Assembly: GCF_902459465.1 (NCBI RefSeq)
Contig: NC_047072.1
Location: forward strand, 17,484,001 to 17,548,000
Reading direction: 5' to 3'
Origin: Asterias rubens
Lineage: Eukaryota
Length of the DNA: 64,000 nt
A model generated the notes under the pieces. It ran no database searches, had not been told where the DNA came from, and saw nothing but the letters and a program-made list of their open reading frames with translations. Numbering within the stretch: position 1 is the stretch's first letter; each line of letters begins with the position of its first letter. Shown piece after piece: positions 54,455 to 64,000 of this stretch. The translations under genes were made by a program, and so were the position numbers.

Positions 54455-54809
54455 AGCCATTATACACTTTCGGTGAACAGTATTGTCCAAGTCCCACACT
54501 TCGTGTTATAACTTATATATAAAATAACAATCCTGTGGAAATTTAGGCTCAATCGGACATCGGATTCGGGAGAAAATAACGGGAAAACCCACTCCTGTTT
54601 TCGCGCGTTTCGCCGTGTCATGACATGTGTTTATAACAAATTAATCCGTAATTCTCGTTATTGTTTTATTGTTTTCTCAAAAAGTAAAGCATTTCATGGA
54701 CTAATATTTCAAGAGAAGTCTTTTACCATTACCTTCTGTAAACCCTGTAAATTGTTTGTAAATCTGTGAACTTTTTTTTTTCTTTCTGTACCGAAAGGGT
54801 CCAATGGCT
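54455..54809. mobile_element. TTAA-type MITE (AGCCATT...AATGGCT); inverted copy at 55637-55932
   Basis: Shared TIR and internal sequence; the second copy has TTAA on both sides. Confidence 0.8.
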
Positions 54810-57738
54810 TTAAAGGCACTGGACACTATTGGTACTCAAAGTAAATTGTTAGCATAAAAACTGAAAAGGAGAGCTGTTGATAGTATAAAACATTGTGTGA
54901 AACGGCTCCCTCTGAAGTACGGTAGGTAATTCCAGACTTACGCTGAAGCCTTTTACAAGAAAGCACACAATATTGTGAAACTATTCTTCTTTCATAAGAG
55001 ATGTTAAATTTGCATCGGGGATAAAGAATATACATTTTGGTTTCGATTTAGGAAGCTATAGGTCGCATGGTTGTTATGTTTCAGACAAACTAACTCCATT
55101 AATTAATAGTTTCACTGCATTTTTAGTAAGTCAAAGCGAAGCCAACATTAACATTTTGATGAATACAGCTTTCAAATAATGCATATTTTTTAGTACATTT
55201 TTCAACCTTTAAAGGCGCAGTGGACACTATTAGTAATTACTCAAAATATTATTGTTTTAACAATTTACTTGGTAACGAGCAATGGAGAGCTGTTTAAAGT
55301 GAGTAAAGCATGAGAAACCACTCCCTCTGATCTGAAGTAACGTTAGTTTTGGAGAAAGAGGTAAATTCTCACTCAAAATAATAAAACACTCCAGATGAAT
55401 ATGCGTGTGAAAGCACACAAAGTAATGCATCAACCATAGAGCTATATTGACTGGCAACAACGGTGTTTTTTTTTCTCCAACGATTCTCTTGCAAATTCGA
55501 TGACCAATATTGAGTCAAAGTTTTCACATGTTTTGCTTCTTTCATGCATTGTTGGGTTATACCACCAAGTGAGAATGCTTGTCTTTGACAATAATTATCA
55601 AAGGTGTCATGTGTCTTTCAGCAGGTGTCAGGTTAAAGCCATTGGACCCTTTCGGTACAGAAAAAAAAATATTAGTCCATGAAATGCTTTACTTTTTGAG
55701 AAAACGGTAAAACAATATAAATTCTCGTTAGCGAGAATTACGGATTTGTTATAAACACATATCATGACACGGCGAAACGCGCGAAAACAGGGGTGGGTTT
55801 TCCCGTTATTTTCTCCCGATTCCGATATCTGATTGAGCCTAAATTTCCACAGGATTGTTATTTTATATATAAGTTGTGACACACGAAGTGTGAGACTTGG
55901 ACAATACTGTTTACCAAAAGTGTATAATGGCTTTAAGCCTTTCCTCAATTGACGCCAATTCATTTAGAGATAGTGTCATTGCTAAAGAAAAATAAATTAT
56001 TGGCCGTATCATAGACTTGTGTACACGTCGTTTCTATGTCCATATCGTCCGTCCCATGAGCCTTTTTCCACTGGTCAGACAGGGGCATTGTCAGAGTATT
56101 CTTTTGTTACTTTGCGGTTTTTCGGGTCGTTTGAGCTCCTTCTCTTCCTTCCTCCATGGTCAAATCAACACGGGTAGCAATTTGAGTAGAAGGGAACCGT
56201 GTTCATTTCTCAATGCTAGGACAAACCTCTGCACAATTCTGTCTGCCCATAATATGGAGATTCGGTCCCCCATAGGAAATGAACATGCACTAGTAGAGGA
56301 GGAGGATTCAAAAGAGGGCGCTGTCAAAATAACTTGAACACAGTTTTGCCATACACAAAATATGGGACTGACAGAATCTTCTGTCAGAATCACCGGCGTA
56401 TATAAAAATCGGCATGGCGATAATTATTAATTTGCTAATGGTAGATGAAACAAAAATAATGATAAAACATTGTTTAGAACACGATCAGCCTAAATTACTT
56501 AGTCCAGGCAATATGCCCACATGGACACGTACATAAGCCAGGCTAGGTCTACCACTTGCTAAAAAATGGCAAAACAAAGTCTTCTTTTAAAACTTCTCAA
56601 GAAAAAACAATATTATATTTTAGGCCACGGGTACAGCGATACCAAGCAATGTTTGCTGGGGAAAGTCCGAGTGAAATTCTACATCCATGGAGGTATCCAA
56701 TTAATTTATAAGAATGAAACAAAATCGTCAGATATGACTTTAGCCCAACACCAAGTTCCACTGGCTGGGTTTATGCACTTTGCACCCCCCCCCCCCCGCC
56801 CCCTCTGCAAAGTTTGGGCGTGGATAAAAGATAACAGCGCCCTCTCGCAGTAAACTTTCGCCAATGTAGTTCATCAAACGCCATTTTTTTCCATTTTCTG
56901 AACTCGTACACTTCCGCTAAAAATCGACGAGCGAACCGTCTTAAACGCCGCTGATAATTGTCAAGTTTGACGGCACGTTGTTTACAAGTTGTCTTTACGA
57001 AATGATTCCTGCAGATGGTAGGTTGATTTGTGCTGATTCAGTTGTGTTAGTTAGTTATTTATTTTGAAGTGTTTTATGAATTGGCCAGATTATTTCTGGC
57101 TGAGCTTTGCAGCGCCCACACACTGTTTGAATGGGAGGTGTGTGCTGTGCAGTGAAATGTGGCTGACTAGTTCAAGCTGGGTTATAAAGTTCACAAATTT
57201 TGGGTCACCTTATTTTCTTATTGTTTATCACAGACAACTCAACAGAAAACATCAAAAGTAGACACCACTAAACATGAACTCCACCTGGGTTGTATTATTA
57301 GTTAATGTGACTTTTTTAGTTTAGGAACAATTCAAGTTTTTAAATTTAATTCAAAATCTAGGTAAGTCTTGCATCAACAAGCATCATGCTCATCATCAAT
57401 GATCATTAGTAGGGAAAAGTTTCCGTATGGCGCCACCACTTTTTCATTCGATATGAAATAATATAGTATCTAATTTACCTCAATGAGATATCCCTTTTTG
57501 TAAAAATGAGTGAAAAAGTGGTGGCGCCATACGGAAAGTTATCCATTAGCATTAGTAGGATTTGAAACTTTGCATGGTGGAAGTAAGATATAGAAAAGTT
57601 TGCGGTAACACCATGTAATAACAATCTCTCAATGAGTTGGGGTGGTTCTGAAAAGAACCGTTGGATTAACTCGACGATTTTGATCATGTTGACTTCGCCT
57701 GCACGTGACCAAGGTTCAATTTCATTCACACAGATTTG

Positions 57739-57870
57739 GGATAACTTTCCGTATGGCGCCACCACTTTTTCACTCATTTTTACAAAAAGGGATATATCAT
57801 TGAGGTAAATTAGATACTATATTATTTCATATCGAATGAAAAAGTAGTGGCGCCGTACGGAAACTTTTCC
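57739..57870. mobile_element. 132-bp MITE with 8-bp TSD (Merlin- or hAT-like); inverted copy at 57413-57544
   Basis: TIR GGA(T/A)AA(C/G)TTTCCGTATGGCGCCACCACTTTTTCA; TSD CAGATTTG at 57731-57738 and 57871-57878. Confidence 0.8.
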
Positions 57871-59559
57871 CAGATTTGTTTCAACATTAACTATAAAGTA
57901 TAAGGTGAGCATTAAGAAACCATGGTCTAACGACGACCCAAAAGTTAAGTAACCAGGCGACATCATAACATCTAAGTTAGATGTTATGCTCTAACTTCCT
58001 AGGTTCTAGTCTTGACTTCTTGAGTCCTTGTTGATTTATTATTATTTGTTGATTTATGATGTGATGTGTTTATAAAATTACTATATTTTTGTACAGTCTT
58101 GTGAGTGATTGATCATGAACTGCATGCATGTACTGCATGCATGAACGATTTTGGGTAGCTAATGCATGTGTTTTGGCGCAGTTTGTTTAAAATAATTGTT
58201 TTGAACTCTTTACTGTATTTTAAAAAATTATTGATTTACAAGTTGCAAGTTTTCTCTCACTGCAGTGGAACATTACTTGGGGGCCCTTACTTCTCTTACA
58301 AATGTGATGCTATCCACACTGTGGACTTTTTGCAGTAGGAATTACGCACATATGGCATTGAGCGATCAACCGTAAACTTCTTTGATTATTTTGTAGTTCG
58401 GTCTGTTGGAGCGAAAGCACCATCATTAAGGGGGGGGCCTAGACGCATTGCGGCATTGTTGGAATGAAAGGACGGTCTGGCCTGGGGGATCGCGGCATTG
58501 TTCAAATGAAAATAGGGTCTCAGTGTATAAAAAGTTTAGTCGTGTTTGACGTTTGACCGCATTATTGAGTAAGGATTCTCTACACAAAGACCGTTGATTT
58601 GAACTGGACAAGAAGGTATTTATTTGTTCACGCAGTGATCATTAAAAAAATCAATGGTCAGCAGACAAGGCGCACCGAAAGATAAGACGCACCGACGTTT
58701 TGGGGGTCTAAAAATCAGATAAGACGCGTCAATACGGTACTACTTTTGGGGGGTCAACAGGGAGCATGGTTTCATTGGTACCTATCTCGTTCTTGTCTCT
58801 ATCCCCCCAAGAAGCTCTTCATAATTTTTCAGGTTGCTTGCTGGGATCCATCCTCGGAAGAGGTAGCCTCGTTACCTGGGGCAGCATGCCGAATCACCTG
58901 CCTAAAATTGCATGCAGGCGACGAATGCCATGGACTCCATTGCCCCTGGTCTTGGCCTTTGTGCCCTTCAAAAGTTTCCTATTGACTTTAAGACTTTCCA
59001 ATGGATGGAAATGGCCGCGTCCTTTCAAAGATTAAATTCCATTCTTTGAAAAAAAGAACGATGTTTTAGAAATATCGGGGAGCGTGTCGTGTGGAAAATA
59101 TTTGGATCAGGCCTTTTCAGTTGACCCCAAATATTTCATAACTATCCGCCTGATACTCTACATGTACGTACGAACGTGACTTGCCGCGGTGACTTGTCTG
59201 TGGGGAGAAATCCTGGCTCGTCATCAGAATAAATTTATTGCACAATTTTCACTCTCATTTGTGCAGGCAAGGATGCAATTTATCAGTCACTGGGAATGTT
59301 TAGACATGGGAGATACATGTAGAATTCTACCTCCATGGTTAAAATTACGTGATAATTTAGCATGTTAAGAGAATCTCAGAGTGTGTTGCTTAAAAAAAAC
59401 CAATCCATACCGCACTAGCACTATTCTCCAAAATGGCATATAGACCGTATTGAATATGAGGTCACGCGGCTCAAATATCTGACCTACAAAATGGCGTCTG
59501 GGTGTTTGTACGTGCATGTGCCGTGTAGGCCTGGGAGAATAATTTGAATATCCGGTTAA

Positions 59560-59940
59560 AGAAACACGTTGCCTTGGATCAATCGAGTTGGTCTTTGAAA
59601 AGCGTTTGTAATCGTTTGTTATAAAATGCATCTGATTAGAAAAATGTTTTAAAAGTAGAATATATTGATCCACACAAACATGCCTCGAAATTACACGCTT
59701 TTCCTTTTACCTCGTTGACGAGCTTGGTCGGCCATTCATGGGAGTCAAATTTTTGACTCCCATGAATGGCCGACCATGTTAGTTCGCAAAGTAAAAGGAA
59801 AATCAAGCAATTTCGAGGCAAATTTGTGTGAATAATTGCATTCTACTTTTAAAACATCTTTCCAATCAATGCATTTTATAACAAACGGTTACAAATGCTT
59901 TTTATAGACCAACTCGTCCGGTCCAACGCAACATCTTCCT
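59560..59940. mobile_element. Family B TTAA MITE (~380 bp); second copy at 2693-3069 nested in a family A copy
   Basis: TIR AG(G/A)AACACGTTGCCTTGGATC..TCGAGTTGGTC; TTAA at 59556-59559 and 59941-59944. Confidence 0.85.
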
Positions 59941-60883
59941 TTAAGATGGCGACTTTTCATAGCAAAAAGGGGTTATTCAATACGGTCTGTTGAGGCACAC
60001 ACAAGCTTAAAGGACGTACACAATACATGTATGTGTGTCAGTACATAATTACTGTATTGCCCAATGTGTACGTCTATACTTCAACCCCTTTTAATAATCG
60101 CTAACAAGTAGATTTTTATGCCAAACATTATTTTGAGCAATTATCAATAGTATTTGGTGTACTGTATTCAGGATTGTCCCTTGCTAGTAATCTACTTTAT
60201 ACATGAACCATGTCTTACTGTGGAAAAAAAAGAAACAAGAAGAAGGAAGTTCTGTATTACCAGTGACCTTTTCCTCCGTAGTAACGGATAGAAGGACCAT
60301 AGTACACATTGCACAACAAATAAACAACAGGTACATGTAGGCCAACACAGTCAGATTCTGTGCAGCACGTACATAGTATACAGTTGACTGGCGTTATATT
60401 TAAAACAAGATTGCTTAGACTGGCCAAATTACCCCTTTACTGACTTGTATGCTTCGTTTTTGAAAGGACATGGGCACCAAGGCATTTTCTCCTTGGTAAA
60501 GGGCACCCTACACATTATGGAAATTATATTTCTACTGTCGTATTTCAAGGGCACCAAGGCAGTGACCATGGGGCATGGAGGCAATCGCCTTCGTTGCCTC
60601 TGTCAGTCTGTCAGTCTGTAAAGTACATGTATAAGGCTTGACTTGTAACAGGAACATGTAAGAGAACGGCAAAACAAAGAAGAAATGAAATTCAGGACTT
60701 CAGAATTTATACTCTTTAAAAGTAGAACCTCGATAAAGACTATTTCAGAACTGTAGGAACATTAATAATAATAATAATAATAATAATATAGGTATTTATA
60801 CTACGCCTTTAACACAGATCAAAGCGCTGAACAATAAATAAAACAAGAACAATGCAAAGAAAGAAAGAAAGATAAACAACCAG

Positions 60884-61012
60884 ATTTCCTGTTTTCAACA
60901 CCTCCAAAATACTGCTGCCCGCATTGTGGCACTATCTAAGAAATCCTGTTCCATCACCCCAATTCTGAAACAACTACACTGGCTCCCGATCTCTCAACGA
61001 ATCATCTTCAAG
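60884..61012 (+). mobile_element. L2-clade LINE ORF2 fragment
   Basis: Translates FQHLQNTAARIVALSKKSCSITPILKQLHWLPISQRIIFK, matching the typical LQ..QN.AAR...ITP.L..LHWLP...RI.FK motif. Confidence 0.8.
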
Positions 61013-61550
61013 AAATAGTAAAAACCATTGTATTTTTTTTTACAAAATTACAAAAATAACAGTACTCTTTTTAACGAGGATGACTGTACACATATTAGTA
61101 ATTTTGTACATTGTCTATGTGAAAGGACATTTCCCCCCTGGTTAAATTTGTCCTACAACTTGCACTTCCTGGTTTTCCTGGCTGTCTTTCATCTGTGATC
61201 AAATTTAACGGTGTGCACTTGAGGTCAAATATTGACAATAGTGAAAGCGTTCATTATTATTAAACTAGTATTAAAACAACAACGACTCAGTTAAAACGTT
61301 CATGCTTGAGTCATTACATATAATGGTGAATTCATTTTTCTTATAGAAATAATGTACGTGTAACCAGAAGATGGATTCTCCTAGATTACCGTTACACGAA
61401 CAACTTCTTTCAGCAACTTTGCATTCACAGCAAAATATTTTGATTGGAAAGTTTTTTGCTCAATGAACGCAAATTTTGAGTAGCAAATGACATGCCTGAT
61501 ACTTCACGAAGGCAATGAAGGTGATTGCCTTCATTCCCCAGCTCTGGTCA

Positions 61551-61802
61551 TTGCCTTGGTGCCCTTTACCAAGTAGAAAATGCCTTGGTGCCCTTGCCCT
61601 TTCAAAAGCAAAGCATACACTACATGTAGTACTTGTATTGTTACTCGACAGACTTTTAGTTTACATCCTAGGGGAATTGCCTTGGTGCCCTTTACCAAGT
61701 AGAAAATGCCTTGGTGCCCTTGCCCTTTCAAAAGCGAAACGTACACATACATGTAGTACTTGTACTGTTACTCGACAGACTTTTAGTTTACATCCTAGGG
61801 GA
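61551..61802. repeat. Tandem duplication, 2 x 126 bp, within a dispersed GCCTTGGTGCCC repeat family
   Basis: Period 126 bp; related segments at ~16940-17090, 22430-22545 and 60460-60600. Confidence 0.85.
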
Positions 61803-64000
61803 AGTTACCTTTAAAGTAGAGGAAATGCTTTGTGCTGGTTCACAAGAATAGAGTTTCACTCTAAGTTATTCAGCGGCGTACACGTGAATAGAATGTACAC
61901 ATATTCGTGACCTGCTTTTGTGAACGAAGAAACTAAAAATGCCTGTAGCGAAGTGAGTAGGTTTCTGTACATCGTACTTGGAAGTCTCGTACATTATTGA
62001 GTAGTGGCAAGATACACTGGATACATGTAAGATAATCTTGTAAACTGGAATTTCTGAAGCTGACAAAACTTCGTTTGCACTGTGGGGCTTCTCGGGCCTG
62101 GCTCGCATATTTTTATGTCAGTTTTTTGTTTCTTTGGATTTTATTCATTGGATTTTGTTTTACGTTGTACACTGATGATTGTGTACTTCCATGACTGTAT
62201 TTTTTAAAGGCAGTGGACACTATTGGTAATTGCTCAAAATAATAATTAGCATAAGACCTTTCTTGGTAACAAGTAATGGGGAGAGGTTGATGGTATAAAA
62301 CATTGTGAGAAACGGCTCCCTCTGAAGTAATGTAGTTTTTACAAGAGAAGTAATTTTCCACGAATTTGATTTCGAGACCTCAGATTTAGAATCCTCAGAT
62401 TTAGAATTTGAGGTCTCGAAATCAAGCATCTGAAAGCACATAACTTCGTGTGACAAGGGTGTTTTTTTTCTTTTATTATTATCTAGCAACTTTGATGACC
62501 GATTGAGCTCAAATTTTCACAGGTTTGTTATTTTATGCATATTATGTTGAGATACACCAACTGTGAAGGCTAGTCTTTGACAATTTCCAATAGTGTCCAA
62601 ATATCAAAGATTAGTATCCTCACTTTGTGTATCTCAACATACAGTAATATAAAGAACAGTAACTAGTGCAAATGTTGACACAATTTATCACCAATTTGCT
62701 AGTTCAAAAACAAAGGGAAAAAAACAAAATCTTGCATAAATGTAGAATCATGTGCTTCCAGATGCATTGTAACTTCTCAGATTTAAAATATTGGGTGAAA
62801 AATTACCTCTTTCTGTACAACTACTTTACTTCAAACGGTGTCGTTTCTAGCATTGTTTTATTCAACACAAACAGCTCTCCAGTTTTCAAATGATTTTAGA
62901 AGGCCTACCAGAAAAAAACGTATCAAAGAATTGTTTTTAGTGTCTATATAGGGGCCTATGCCTTTTAAAAATAAGGTTGCAAATGTGTATACCATGTCAT
63001 ACTCAACTCTTTGTGATTGGTTAGCAGATTTTACCCTCAGCGGAAATTTTCATAATATAAAAAAAAATAAGAATATAATAATATTTTACTTCATCTCAAA
63101 ATATCCTTCTGTTGCGAAAATGTGCACCAACCTACTTGTATTTCACTCTAACACAAAATCTCACAATTTAATTAAAATGTTTTCTTCAGCTTGGTGGTTT
63201 AATTGTTGATTTCATTCTCATTATTGTCCGTTAGAATCTGTCCAGGGCTCTTTCAATTAAAGATTAATTGTGCGAATGCATTAAACTATTAGTTTGTGTG
63301 ACTAATGGATAGTTAATTCAGGTGAGGCCTGATCTGGCGATATAGTGCTACAGTACTGTGAGTCCTTTCTCCCTGAATGCATGTATTGCATACACTTAAG
63401 GCAGTGCACACCTTTGTTAATTACTCAAAATAATTATTAGCATAAAACCTTTCTTGGTAATGGGGAGAGGTTGATAGTATAAAACATTGTGAGAAACGGC
63501 TCCCTCTAAAGTAATGTAGTTTTTGAGAGAGAAGTAATTTTCCACAAATTTGCTTTCGAGACCTCAGCTTCAGAATTTGAGGTCTCGAAATCAAGCATCT
63601 GAAAGCACACAACTTTGTGTGTCACTGGTGTTTTTTTCTTTCATCATTATCTAGCCACTTTGACGACCGATTGAGCTCAAATTTTCACAGGTTTGTTATT
63701 TCATGCATATGTTGAGATACACCAACTGTGAAGGCTAGTCTTTGACAATTACCAATAGTTTCCAGTGTCTTTAAACGTGATATGTTTGGTCAGTTGGTAG
63801 GCCTACACGTGTACATGTACATTAGTGTGTATGCGAATTTCATATTGGAATCAAGTTTGTACAATAAGTGAGAATTGTGTATCTACAATGTATGTGCTAG
63901 GGTTGGGACGTTTAACCATTTGAAGCTCTGACGGCTACTAAAAACTGTCAAACCTATTTTTGTATCCTAAAGGCCGAGTTATAGTTGGTCGCGCATTAGT

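Noticed and set aside
57413-57870. Single composite transposon
   Set aside because: Each 132-bp unit has its own target-site duplication, and no shared outer TSD was seen.

Overview
AT-rich, MITE-dense animal genomic DNA (spliceosomal introns, SINE/LINE relics; plausibly an echinoderm such as a sea star, but that is a low-certainty guess). The left 36 kb hold a minus-strand tandem alpha-tubulin cluster. It has three complete genes with the conserved ATG / 223 / 149 / ~985-nt exon layout, here called tubA-B (17400-8200), tubA-C (29061-23138) and tubA-D (36055-30869). It also has an intact orphan copy of the terminal exon (5296-4316) that keeps its splice acceptor and 3'UTR homology but has no exons 1-3 of its own. 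That orphan is the best candidate for something new: an alternative last exon that would swap 72% of the protein, a lateral-contact patch and the C-terminal tail. tubA-C is a divergent isotype ending in ...DEI rather than Tyr, with a mosaic pattern suggesting gene conversion. Also present: a gene with an uninterrupted ORF encoding a P-loop sulfotransferase-like protein with an altered PAPS-binding loop (41737-40895); three minisatellites; a perfect 333-bp tandem duplication carrying a candidate exon; a possible minimal hammerhead ribozyme relic; about ten MITE families; and one 266-N assembly gap. All alignments and counts were done by eye, and motif calls are untested.
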